In this document: one piece after another, positions 1 through 9,561 of the stretch
How the letters are laid out: each line of letters starts with the position of its first letter
How positions within the stretch are numbered: position 1 is the first letter of the stretch
Assembly: GCA_963677925.2 (NCBI GenBank)
Contig: CAXXYH010000004.1
Location: 2,432,001-2,496,000, forward strand
Length of the DNA stretch: 64,000 bases
Source: Spirochaetia bacterium
Lineage (GTDB): Bacteria; Spirochaetota; Spirochaetia; UBA9216
Reading direction: 5' to 3'
Position numbers and translations under genes: made by a program
Notes under the pieces: model-generated
Seen by the model: only the letters and a program-made list of their open reading frames with translations
Database searches by the model: none
Told to the model about the DNA's origin: nothing

Positions 1-22
1 AGCTGTCACTGGAGGAACTTCA

Positions 23-1924
23 ATGAGTGAAAATAAAAAAACACATATGAATAACAGCCCGCGCGGGCCAATGATGGGACGAGGGCCCGGAGGCGGCCGC
101 GGTCCAATGGGCGGCGGACCACCTCATCTTAGCGGTATACCGGGAGACAAGGCTTCAAACTTCAAGGGTACTATGAAGACTCTTCTGCAGTATCTTGGAA
201 AGTATAAGGTCGCAGTTTTCTTTACTCTGATTGTATCTGCTGTATCAACAGTGTTTATGATACTCGGCCCCAAGATACTCGGCAGAGCAACAACCGGAAT
301 CTTTGAAGGTGTCATGGCTCAAATAAGCGGAACCGGCGGCATAGACTTCGGCTTTGTTGCAAGGATTCTGATAACAGTTCTGATTCTATATCTGATTTCA
401 ACTGCTGCCAATTATATCCAGGGCTGGATAATGGCCGGAATTTCTGCAAAGGTTACCTTTAGGCTGAGAAGGGATATTGAGGAGAAGATTAACCGGATGC
501 CGCTCGGTTACTTTGACACTACAAGTCACGGTGAGGTCCTTTCAAGAATAACCAACGATGTTGAAACTGTAAGCCGGACTCTCAGCCAGAGCCTCACCCA
601 GGTTGTAACCTCGGTTGCAACTGTTGCAGGTGTTCTTGTCATGATGTTCTCAATCAGCTGGATGATGACCCTGGTAGCCCTTGTCATCATTCCTGTGTCT
701 ATGATCTTTGTAAGTGTGATAATAAAAAAATCACAGAAGTACTTCAAGCAGCAGCAGGATTACCTTGGACATGTCAACGGACATGTCGAGGAGATGTTCA
801 GCGGGCATGTAGTAATGAAAGCATTCAACGGTGAGAAGAAGAGTATCGAAAAATTCAGTGAACTCAATGATACTCTCTATACATCAGCATGGAAATCACA
901 GTTTCTTACAGGACTTATGCATCCTATAATGATGTTTGTCGGAAATCTGGGTTATGTAGGTGTCAGCATCCTCGGAGGCTACCTTGCAGTGCAGAGGGCA
1001 ATTACTGTCGGAGATATTCAGGCTTTTATTCAGTATGTTAGATCATTCATGCAGCCGCTCACACAGCTTGCAAATATTTCCAACATTCTTCAGCAGACTG
1101 CAGCTGCAGCTGAAAGAGTATTTGAATTTCTTGATGAGCCTGAGCAGATTCCGGAGACTGATGATCCGCTGAAGGTACAGAACTTCAACGGAAAGGTTGA
1201 GTTTGCTAATGTCAATTTCGGCTATACTGAAGAAAAAATAATCATCAACGATTTTTCAGCTGTCGCAGAACCGGGACAGAAAGTCGCTATTGTAGGTCCT
1301 ACAGGCGCCGGTAAAACGACTATGGTAAAGCTTCTGATGCGTTTCTATGATATCAATAAGGGCAAAATCCTGATTGACGGAAATGATATTACCGACTACA
1401 GCAGACGTGATCTAAGGCGGATGTTTGGAATGGTTCTTCAGGATACCTGGCTGTTCAACGGAACTGTAATGGAAAATATCCGTTACGGCCGTCCGGATGC
1501 AACCGATGAAGAAGTCTATGCTGCCGCAAAAACAGCGCATGCAGATCACTTTATAAAAACACTTCCCGGCGGTTACTCAATGGTAATCAATGAGGAGGCA
1601 AGCAATATTTCGCAGGGACAGATGCAGCTTCTGACAATTGCGAGGGCGATTCTGGCTGATCCCAAAATGCTGATTCTTGATGAGGCCACAAGCTCTGTCG
1701 ATACCAGGACAGAGATACTGATTCAGAAAGCGATGGATAATCTCATGGCTGAGCGCACTTCATTTATTATAGCGCACAGACTGTCAACAATTAAAAATGC
1801 CGACCTCATTCTGTTTATGAAGGACGGAGATATAGTGGAACAGGGCAATCACGAGCAGCTGATGGCCGCAGGCGGATTCTATTCAGAGCTGTACAACAGC
1901 CAGTTTGAAAAGAAGGCCGGCTGA
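23..1924 (+). CDS. ABC exporter, fused permease/ATP-binding subunit (TM288/MdlB-like half of a heterodimeric exporter)
   Basis: TMD then NBD: Walker A GPTGAGKT, signature ISQGQ, Walker B LILDEATSS, AHR switch; RBS GGAGG upstream. Confidence 0.92.
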   Translation: MSENKKTHMNNSPRGPMMGRGPGGGRGPMGGGPPHLSGIPGDKASNFKGTMKTLLQYLGKYKVAVFFTLIVSAVSTVFMILGPKILGRATTGIFEGVMAQISGTGGIDFGFVARILITVLILYLISTAANYIQGWIMAGISAKVTFRLRRDIEEKINRMPLGYFDTTSHGEVLSRITNDVETVSRTLSQSLTQVVTSVATVAGVLVMMFSISWMMTLVALVIIPVSMIFVSVIIKKSQKYFKQQQDYLGHVNGHVEEMFSGHVVMKAFNGEKKSIEKFSELNDTLYTSAWKSQFLTGLMHPIMMFVGNLGYVGVSILGGYLAVQRAITVGDIQAFIQYVRSFMQPLTQLANISNILQQTAAAAERVFEFLDEPEQIPETDDPLKVQNFNGKVEFANVNFGYTEEKIIINDFSAVAEPGQKVAIVGPTGAGKTTMVKLLMRFYDINKGKILIDGNDITDYSRRDLRRMFGMVLQDTWLFNGTVMENIRYGRPDATDEEVYAAAKTAHADHFIKTLPGGYSMVINEEASNISQGQMQLLTIARAILADPKMLILDEATSSVDTRTEILIQKAMDNLMAERTSFIIAHRLSTIKNADLILFMKDGDIVEQGNHEQLMAAGGFYSELYNSQFEKKAG

Positions 1925-1925
1925 A

Positions 1926-3461
1926 ATGGGATTCAGGGAGATAGAGTTCAGTCTGCCGACTGCTTACACGGAAAATGAACTGAAGGCTCAGATCAGGAAA
2001 AAAACCGGTCTGAGCAGTTTCAGCTATGAAATACGCCGTAAAAGTCTTGATGCCAGACGAAAGGGAAATATTCTCTGGCGGCTTGGGGTAATGGTGATAT
2101 CCGATGCTTTACCCGGAGAATCTTTCGAGGAAAAGAAGCTTGAAATCCCGTTTTCTAAAAGAAATAAAAATATACTGATCGCCGGAAGCGGGCCCGCAGG
2201 TATTTTTGCCGCTTATACACTTCAGACGGCCGGTTTCAGTACAAGGGTTATTGAACGCGGCTCAGATGTAGAGAAGCGTGCTGCGGCAATAGAGAGGTTT
2301 GAAGCGGCAGGTGAGTTTTCGGCTGTTTCCAACTATGCCTTCGGTGAAGGCGGGGCCGGGACTTTCAGCGACGGCAAGCTGACAAGCCGTACAAAGAGTA
2401 TTAAGCTTGAACGCAACTTTATTTTTGATACATATATTGAGGCCGGTGCGCCGGCTGAAATAAAGTATATGACTCATCCCCACCTGGGAACTGATAATCT
2501 TAAAAAGATAGTCAAAACGCTGAGGCTGATGTACGAGGAACTCGGCGGAAAAATTATGTTTGAAACAGAACTTACAGACATTATTTTCGATTTATCCGGC
2601 AGCAGGATAACTGAGGCAGTAACCTCCGCGGGGAGTATGCCATGTGATGAACTGCTGATCGCACCAGGACACTCGGCCTTTGACACCTACCGTATGCTTA
2701 TGAGAAGAAATGTTCCGTTTCGGAATAAGAACTTTGCAATCGGAAGCCGGGTGGAACATCCTCAGAATCTTATTAACAGGGCGCAGTGGGGAATCGAAGA
2801 GCTTCCCGGAGTGAAGGCGGCCGAGTACCGGCTAACCTCCAATGCTGACGACAGACATCCTGTTTATACCTTCTGTATGTGTCCCGGCGGTAAAATTGTA
2901 CAGGCGGCTGCATTTGAGAACCAGAGCATTGTAAACGGAATGAGTGAATATCAGAGAGCAGGTCAGTTTGCCAACGCCGCCTGTGTAGCCGGAATATCAA
3001 TTGACCGGATTACAGGAAGGGAAAGCAGTCCGTTGGAGGCTTTGGACTGGCTTGAAAGCCTTGAAGAACGGTTTTTTAAAGCAACCGGCGGATACTCAGT
3101 TCCCTGCTGCAGTATTGCTGACTTTACCGCAGAAAAAAACTCAGGCTCACTGCCGGCAACCAGTTACAGCCTCGGTCTCTCCGAATACCCGTTATGGAAG
3201 CTCTTTCCGGAATCTGTTTATACATCCATGAAAACCGGCCTCCGGGATTTCTCATCAAGAATTCGGGGATTTGAAACCGGTATAATTATGGGGCTTGAGA
3301 GTAAGACGAGTTCACCTGTACAGGCTGTCCGGAACTCTGCGGGGCTGGCGGAAGGCTTTGAAAACCTCTATATAATCGGAGAGGGCAGCGGTTATGCCGG
3401 AGGCATCATTTCGAGTGCTGCCGACGGTGTTAAGACGGCTATGTGTATCATTAATCAATAA
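1926..3461 (+). CDS. FAD-dependent oxidoreductase (uncharacterized COG2509-type flavoprotein)
   Basis: GSGPAG Rossmann motif, FGEGGAGTFSDGKL, FCMCPGG, GEGSGYAGGI; ATG at 1926 just after the upstream TGA preferred over the ORF-track start 1905. Confidence 0.85.
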   Translation: MGFREIEFSLPTAYTENELKAQIRKKTGLSSFSYEIRRKSLDARRKGNILWRLGVMVISDALPGESFEEKKLEIPFSKRNKNILIAGSGPAGIFAAYTLQTAGFSTRVIERGSDVEKRAAAIERFEAAGEFSAVSNYAFGEGGAGTFSDGKLTSRTKSIKLERNFIFDTYIEAGAPAEIKYMTHPHLGTDNLKKIVKTLRLMYEELGGKIMFETELTDIIFDLSGSRITEAVTSAGSMPCDELLIAPGHSAFDTYRMLMRRNVPFRNKNFAIGSRVEHPQNLINRAQWGIEELPGVKAAEYRLTSNADDRHPVYTFCMCPGGKIVQAAAFENQSIVNGMSEYQRAGQFANAACVAGISIDRITGRESSPLEALDWLESLEERFFKATGGYSVPCCSIADFTAEKNSGSLPATSYSLGLSEYPLWKLFPESVYTSMKTGLRDFSSRIRGFETGIIMGLESKTSSPVQAVRNSAGLAEGFENLYIIGEGSGYAGGIISSAADGVKTAMCIINQ

Positions 3462-3534
3462 AAACTTTATTTCTGAGTCTTTCTTCAATATAATTTTAGT
3501 TAATAACATCATTCACAGCGGAGAAAGATTTTTT

Positions 3535-6144
3535 ATGAATGAATCCGGATTAGAAAACATGGAGAATAACTACATCTCCAGACTGGATTATCTTAACAGA
3601 ATCCTTTTTACCGCTGTCGGCAGTTTTCTGCCCGGAGTCATTCTCGTTTTTACCCTGCTGGGAATATATCACCTGTTATTTTTTAACGGAAGAGATTCTT
3701 TAATCATGTCAGTTACGGCATTTTTTTCTGCTGTGCTCTTTATGATTTTTAAAATCCTGCATAAAAAAAAGAAACTATATATTCCCAGAGCGCATTTATA
3801 TGCTTTCTTAATATTCATCACTGTACTTGTGAACTCGCTGCTTTATATGATCATTACCTCTGACATCCTTCAGTCAACATATATCATAATCCTGCTGCTT
3901 GTATTGCCGATAATTCAGCCCGCTAGAAAATGGTATATAAGTTCAGTTGTTATCACCATTACTGTCTGGTCACTCCTGATTTCCGTAGTACCCGGTTATG
4001 ATTATAAATCTGCATCTCTGATCCATTTTATTCTAAGCGTCTCTTTTTCGATTCTGCTTTCTGTAATAATTCATTTTGTTCTAACCAGGTTTATAGACAG
4101 TCAATATTCCTCTGAACTTGAACAGGATAAAAATAATGATGCACTTACCAGGGCGCTTCAAAAGGCGGATTATAACGAGAAGATCCTCAAGCGGCTCACA
4201 GAACTTGCAGTTGAAGGTATCGGCTTTCATGACGGTGAAAAAATTGTAAACTGCAATGAACAGTTCAGCAGAATGTTCGGATATCCGTCGAAGACAGAAA
4301 TATCAGGGCAGGATATCCTGTCGCTTATCGCTCCAGAGTCACAGGAAACCGTAATCAAAAAAATTGTAAATTCAATAGCGGGCAGTTATGAAGTGCAAGG
4401 CATCCGGAGAGACGGCAGGAAATTCCCGATGGAACTGAATGCCAAAACCATAATCAAAGAAGATAATGATATGCTCCGTGCTGTAATTGTCCATGATTTA
4501 ACCGAGCAGAAACTTATTCAGGAAAAACTCCGTGAAAGTGAAGAGATGTTCCGCACAATGAGTGAATATTCTCCAGTAGGGATATTCCTTTCTGATATTA
4601 ATGGAGACTGTGTCTTTGTAAATGACAAATATCTTGAAATTACCGGTCTAAACTCTCAACAGGCGCTTGGAAACACCTGGAAATCAATAATCTATCCTAC
4701 TGATAAGGCTCGAGTATATAAACAATGGGATGATTTTGTCAGGAGCAATGAGAATTTTCATACTATGTACAGAATTAAAAGCGGTATTGGAAATATCAGA
4801 TGGATAGATGTCAGAATTTCAGTATACAAAGCAGATGATAAGATTCTGGGTTATGTCGGAACTGTTGAAGATTTTACCGAGTACAGAAAGCAGGAGGAAG
4901 AGCTGATAGAGTACTCACGGAACCTTGGCGAAATGGTTGAACTGCGAACCCGTGAACTGGAATCGCTGCAGGATGAACTTATAACGCAGCAGCTCTTTCA
5001 GAAAGAACTTGAGATAGCTTCTGAAATACAGATGAGCCTGCTTCCGACGAAAGCCCCGGTGATTGATGGGTTTCAGATTGCTTCGATTGCGATACCGGCT
5101 CAGTATGTAAGCGGAGATTTCTATAACTGCTACAATATTACTGATGAAATTCTTGAAATAGGAATAGCAGATATAGCGGGCAAGGGTGTTGCGGCTGCGC
5201 TGCTGGCCGCGGGTACAAGGGCATTTCTGCGTGCTTCTGTAAGTGAAGAAAATCTGCCTGATAAATCGCTCGCCTTCCTTAACAGTTCAATGTATGACGA
5301 TCTTAATAACGCGGAAAAATTTATCACGATGCAGATGACTCGTATAGACGGAGGAAGCGGCCGGATAAGCTACACAAGTGCGGGGCATACCGAATCACTT
5401 CTGTATCTTTCAAGAAAAAACAAAGTAGCAAGACTTCTGCCTACCACTATTCCGATCGGAATAGTGGAAGATCTTGTTACCGATATTAAAGAATTTTATA
5501 TGCTGCCCGGAGATCTTCTTTTCCTTTACAGTGACGGTGTAACTGAAGCTGAGGATGCAAATCAGGAACTGTTCGGAATTGAGCGTTTGAAAGCTTCTAT
5601 CCAGTCCTGCTGTGAACAGAATATGGATGCACCGACAGTGATTGCTACCTTGTACAGTGAGTTAAACGATTTTATGAAGGCAGAGAATCCAAATGATGAT
5701 ATCACAATGGTAGCCATCAGGGCGGAAGAGCAGGAATTCTCGATAGAGAAACCCGGAGACTTTGAGCATCTTGATTCACTGGTCACCTGGGTGGGTGATA
5801 AATGCAGAAGATACGGAGAAGAACTCAGGAACGGTATCGAACTTGCAGCATCGGAACTGATAACAAATATGATTAAACATTCATATGGAAAGGGTTCAGA
5901 CGGAAAAAATGACGGTTTGATTTCTATTAAGATTGAATTGAATTATAATTATATTGAACTTAATCTGTATGATTTCGGTTCACCCTTTGAGATTTCATCG
6001 GTTGCTGTGCCTGATTTTGCGTCGCCGAATGAAAGCGGGTACGGTATATGGATGATCAACCAGATAATGGATTATGTTGAATACCGTGCAGGCGGAGAAG
6101 ACAAACCGGAAAATCACTGGATTCTAAGGAAAAATATTTCATAA
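3535..6144 (+). CDS. Membrane sensor: TM helices-PAS-PAS-SpoIIE/PP2C phosphatase fused to a C-terminal RsbW-type Ser kinase (HATPase)
   Basis: ~6 hydrophobic segments, two PAS/PAC-like regions, PP2C motifs SGDFY, ADIAGKG, YSDGVTEA, DDITMV; kinase boxes ELITNMIKHS, DFG, SGYGIWMI; start 3535 (or 3559) avoids overlap with the upstream gene. Confidence 0.85.
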   Translation: MNESGLENMENNYISRLDYLNRILFTAVGSFLPGVILVFTLLGIYHLLFFNGRDSLIMSVTAFFSAVLFMIFKILHKKKKLYIPRAHLYAFLIFITVLVNSLLYMIITSDILQSTYIIILLLVLPIIQPARKWYISSVVITITVWSLLISVVPGYDYKSASLIHFILSVSFSILLSVIIHFVLTRFIDSQYSSELEQDKNNDALTRALQKADYNEKILKRLTELAVEGIGFHDGEKIVNCNEQFSRMFGYPSKTEISGQDILSLIAPESQETVIKKIVNSIAGSYEVQGIRRDGRKFPMELNAKTIIKEDNDMLRAVIVHDLTEQKLIQEKLRESEEMFRTMSEYSPVGIFLSDINGDCVFVNDKYLEITGLNSQQALGNTWKSIIYPTDKARVYKQWDDFVRSNENFHTMYRIKSGIGNIRWIDVRISVYKADDKILGYVGTVEDFTEYRKQEEELIEYSRNLGEMVELRTRELESLQDELITQQLFQKELEIASEIQMSLLPTKAPVIDGFQIASIAIPAQYVSGDFYNCYNITDEILEIGIADIAGKGVAAALLAAGTRAFLRASVSEENLPDKSLAFLNSSMYDDLNNAEKFITMQMTRIDGGSGRISYTSAGHTESLLYLSRKNKVARLLPTTIPIGIVEDLVTDIKEFYMLPGDLLFLYSDGVTEAEDANQELFGIERLKASIQSCCEQNMDAPTVIATLYSELNDFMKAENPNDDITMVAIRAEEQEFSIEKPGDFEHLDSLVTWVGDKCRRYGEELRNGIELAASELITNMIKHSYGKGSDGKNDGLISIKIELNYNYIELNLYDFGSPFEISSVAVPDFASPNESGYGIWMINQIMDYVEYRAGGEDKPENHWILRKNIS

Positions 6145-6156
6145 GGAAATAAACAG

Positions 6157-8178
6157 ATGGGTTTGAACCTTAAAAATAAATTTATTGAAAACTTCGGGCC
6201 TAATGATGATCCGGTTAAACAGAAAAAGCGGATTGCATTGTTCAGATTCCTGGCCGTAATTACATCTGCGGCAGCCCTTAATTATATAATCTGGCGCTAT
6301 GTTAAAAGTTTGAATATGAATGCTCTATGGTTTGCTGTCCCGATGGTCATTGCCGAAACTTATGGAATTATAGAAAGCTTTCTTTTCATTTATATGGTAT
6401 GGAAGCCGATCAAACGGCAGCCTCCGGAACCCCCAGAAAAAGCGGATGTTGATGTCTTTATTGTCACTTTTAATGAACCTGTAGAACTTGTACGCAAGAC
6501 AGTTGAAGCCGCCTCAGGGATAACCTGGGAGGGCAAAAAGGTATATCTTCTTGATGACGGCAGCAGATTGGAAATGAAGGCTCTGGCAGAAGAATTCCAT
6601 TGCGGCTATATAACACGCGGGATTGAATGGGCCCATAAACCGAGACACGCAAAAGCCGGTAATATAAATAACGCAATGCTTCAGACTTCAGGAGAGTATA
6701 TTCTGGTGCTTGATGCAGATCAGATTCCGGAGTCATCCATCATCAAAAAAATTATAGGATACTTTGAAGATCCTGAAGTCGCCTTCATTCAGACTCCGCA
6801 GCATTTTTATAATATCCCTCCGGGAGACCCTTTCGGAAACGACGCCCCGCTGTTTTACGGTCCGATACAGGAGGGGAAGGACGGGCATAATGCCGCCTAC
6901 TTCTGCGGCTCCAATGGAATGCTCAGACGTGAAGCGTTGGTTCAGCTGGGAATTACAAGTTTTGTTGAAGAGATGGAGGAACAGGTAAGGCACGGTATAA
7001 AGGCTCTTAAAAAGCAGGCAAAAACTATTCAGACCCCTGATCGGGTTATAACCCGGCAGGCCAGGGACATTCTGAGCGACGGGCTGAAAACGGCTGAACG
7101 CCTGATGAAACAGAATGAACCACTTGAAATAGTAAGTGATGAAATCAGAAAGACCATACATCAGATTGAACATCTTGTTGCTATAGACAGCTTCGATGAA
7201 ATTGCGGATATGCTTAAAAATCTCGCTGTTGACGGTGATATGAACGCTGCCGAGGCATACAATCATATTATTCAGGATGAGGATTCAATTGCCGAACAGA
7301 CTGATTCTGCGAAAACGGGAACTTCAATAGGGATAGATTCTGAAGTTTTTGAAAATATAAACCTCACACGTTCGGATGAGGCAATCCCGGTACAGTCAAT
7401 GTCAACCATAAGTATTACTGAGGATATGGCTACATCCATGCGTCTTCATGCCGCAGGCTGGAAAAGCGTATATCATTCGGAAATCCTTGCATACGGACTG
7501 GCGCCCGAAGACCTGTCAAGTGCACTGAAGCAGCGGCTGCGATGGGCTCAGGGGACTGTGCAGGTGTTTTTAAGATCAAACCCGTTCAAACTGAAAGGCC
7601 TAACACTTTCACAGCGCTTGATGTACTTTGCCACTATAAACTCATATTTCAACGGCTTTTTTAATCTGCTTTTGATAATTTCACCCATTTTTTATCTGTT
7701 TACGGCAATTGCCCCCGTCTCTGTGTGGTCCTGGGGATTTCTGTTCCGGCTTCTTCCTTTTTTTATACTCAATAAGGTTACATTCAGGTATCTTTCGTGG
7801 GGTATCTCGGTATGGCGGGGAGAACAGTATGATCTGGCGTTGTTTCCACTTTTCATTAAGGCAACTCTTACCGCACTGTTTAAAAAAGAAATACCCTTTG
7901 TTGTTACATCCAAAGACAGGAAAAAGAGAGATAAATCGAAACTAAAACTGATCTGGCCTCAGCTTTCGATAATTATCTTAACCACGGCAGCAATAATTTA
8001 CGGATTTATCAGCTATTTTATACTCGGATCCGGATTAACTTTTTTCGGATTATTTATTAATACGTTCTGGGGCATTTATAATGCTATAATGCTTTTAGTA
8101 GTCATAAGAGCGGCGTTTTACAAATTACCGGAAGGCTGGTCACCCCGTCCGCCGGAAACAGTATTTCATTACGGATAA
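6157..8178 (+). CDS. Cellulose synthase-like processive GT2 glycosyltransferase (BcsA/CesA-like), no PilZ domain
   Basis: DDG, HAKAGN, DAD, QTPQ, FCGS, TED, QRLRW (QxxRW) and FVVTSK gating-loop motifs; N- and C-terminal TM helices. Confidence 0.88.
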   Translation: MGLNLKNKFIENFGPNDDPVKQKKRIALFRFLAVITSAAALNYIIWRYVKSLNMNALWFAVPMVIAETYGIIESFLFIYMVWKPIKRQPPEPPEKADVDVFIVTFNEPVELVRKTVEAASGITWEGKKVYLLDDGSRLEMKALAEEFHCGYITRGIEWAHKPRHAKAGNINNAMLQTSGEYILVLDADQIPESSIIKKIIGYFEDPEVAFIQTPQHFYNIPPGDPFGNDAPLFYGPIQEGKDGHNAAYFCGSNGMLRREALVQLGITSFVEEMEEQVRHGIKALKKQAKTIQTPDRVITRQARDILSDGLKTAERLMKQNEPLEIVSDEIRKTIHQIEHLVAIDSFDEIADMLKNLAVDGDMNAAEAYNHIIQDEDSIAEQTDSAKTGTSIGIDSEVFENINLTRSDEAIPVQSMSTISITEDMATSMRLHAAGWKSVYHSEILAYGLAPEDLSSALKQRLRWAQGTVQVFLRSNPFKLKGLTLSQRLMYFATINSYFNGFFNLLLIISPIFYLFTAIAPVSVWSWGFLFRLLPFFILNKVTFRYLSWGISVWRGEQYDLALFPLFIKATLTALFKKEIPFVVTSKDRKKRDKSKLKLIWPQLSIIILTTAAIIYGFISYFILGSGLTFFGLFINTFWGIYNAIMLLVVIRAAFYKLPEGWSPRPPETVFHYG

Positions 8179-8200
8179 ACTGATACAGGAGTGAATACAG

Positions 8201-8539
8201 ATGGATTTTAAAATTGAAGTACATGAGTTTGACAGTGAAAATATCAAGATTACCTTAACCGGAAGACTTAATGCACTAAGTGCTCCTGAACTGAAGCGTA
8301 CTACTGCTGATCTTATTGGAAAAGGCCATAAGAAAATCATTGTTGATCTATCATCTCTGTTGTTCATGGACAGTTCAGGAATGGCAGCTTTGGTTTCCGG
8401 CTTAAAGGCTACAAGGGAAGTTGACGGTTTTTTCAGACTTTTCGGAGGACAGAAGCAGGTCATATCCGTGCTCAGACTCACAAAACTTGATCGTGTTTTT
8501 GAAATATACCCGGATGAGGAATCAGCACGTAAGATCTAG
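8201..8539 (+). CDS. STAS-domain anti-sigma factor antagonist (RsbV/SpoIIAA-like)
   Basis: 112 aa; GRLNALSAP, DLSSLLFMDSSGM with the phosphorylatable Ser; RBS AGGAG. Confidence 0.92.
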   Translation: MDFKIEVHEFDSENIKITLTGRLNALSAPELKRTTADLIGKGHKKIIVDLSSLLFMDSSGMAALVSGLKATREVDGFFRLFGGQKQVISVLRLTKLDRVFEIYPDEESARKI

Positions 8540-8973
8540 TAAGGTAAAATCCTCTGCTTACAGCAGTCATCTCCATTAAGGATAGTTTTCTCCAGAACCA
8601 CCTGTACTCGTTTCCCCAGCAGATATTCAAACACCGCCTTTGTCTTTCCAATTGTACAGTTACAAAAGTCCGGATCCGTTATTGTACCGTTATTTACCAG
8701 AGGGCAGACGCAGGAAGGGGATTCAAGGACCAGTGTTTTTCCTTCTTTAGATAATCTCTGATTATCTCTTATATGGGGCTGTATCATATCTAGCAGGTGG
8801 TCAAAATCCGCAAAATTAGGGAGATCTCCGGTTAAAGCCCTGGCTAATTCCTTTGAATACTGTGATTTTGCACAGGACCTGCCGCATGTTTCCAGGAGTC
8901 TTTTGTGATCGTCTCCATGCATCAGGTTCTTTACCCGGTGTATACTATGAATCTTGTCGTATAAAGTATTCAT
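8536..8973 (-). CDS. Cys-rich small protein, DUF6144/V4R-like
   Basis: CGRSCA, CVCPLV, FCNCT, GDDCC pattern; RBS AAGGAG; converges on the STAS gene with a 4-bp overlap. Confidence 0.7.
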   Translation of the reverse strand: MNTLYDKIHSIHRVKNLMHGDDHKRLLETCGRSCAKSQYSKELARALTGDLPNFADFDHLLDMIQPHIRDNQRLSKEGKTLVLESPSCVCPLVNNGTITDPDFCNCTIGKTKAVFEYLLGKRVQVVLEKTILNGDDCCKQRILPY

Positions 8974-9326
8974 TACAACTCCTTTCCATACTCACCTTTA
9001 ATCAGCTGCATAAATAGGTCTCAATGATGAAGTCTGAGATAGTCAAATTGGTAACTCTTTAGAATGGCTCGCTTTTTAAATAGATTTAGTAAATCAATTG
9101 AATATAAACCTGATGAGAGGTAAGTACAAGGAAAATTACACAAAATTGGATAAAATCGTATAAAATTATTAGAACTTCAAGTAATAAAGTCATACTTTTG
9201 TATATAAAATTTTGTTTCAGTATTATCGAAATAATACACGGATAAACATAGATTAGTGTAAAAGAATTACTGATTTCTTATTTAAGTGATGTCTGTGAGT
9301 ATAGGAAAGAAAAAATTGAAAAATCA

Positions 9327-9398
9327 AGCCAACGGTGGAATTCGAACCCACGACCTACGCTTTACGAGAGCGTTGCTCTACCCCTGAGCTACGTTGGC
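9327..9398 (-). tRNA. tRNA-Thr(CGT)
   Basis: Minus strand GCCAACGTAGCTCAGGGGTAGAGCAACGCTCTCGTAAAGCGTAGGTCGTGGGTTCGAATTCCACCGTTGGCT; acceptor stem GCCAACG/CGTTGGC, anticodon loop CT-CGT-AA, GGTTCGAAT T-loop; CCA not encoded. Confidence 0.96.
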
Positions 9399-9416
9399 AG
9401 GATTTACTGAAAACAA

Positions 9417-9445
9417 ATAGTACTTAAAAAATCCCCTTCTTGCAA
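9417..9445 (-). promoter_or_regulatory. sigma70-type promoter of tRNA-Thr
   Basis: Minus strand TTGCAA-N17-TACTAT, 18 nt upstream of the tRNA 5' end. Confidence 0.55.
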
Positions 9446-9561
9446 GCAGAATCTTCGTCCTTATATAGCTTCAGTGTATTGACTGCGGTTGATTAAAATT
9501 TGACTTTTTGAAATAACCATGATAAAAATTTAACAAATAATGGTAAAATATTACTAAATAC

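Noticed and set aside
50-140. G/P/M-rich low-complexity N-terminus of the ABC exporter, and a similar stretch at ~39530-39650 in the RND adaptor
   Set aside because: Common disordered linkers in these families; not DNA-level tandem repeats
9105-9140. CTGATGA resembling a hammerhead ribozyme core
   Set aside because: No supporting stems or correctly placed GAAA and cleavage triplet
3462-9398. tRNA-Thr-anchored genomic island containing the GT2 operon
   Set aside because: No integrase and no duplicated tRNA 3' end (att) found by eye; the AT-richness is only an impression
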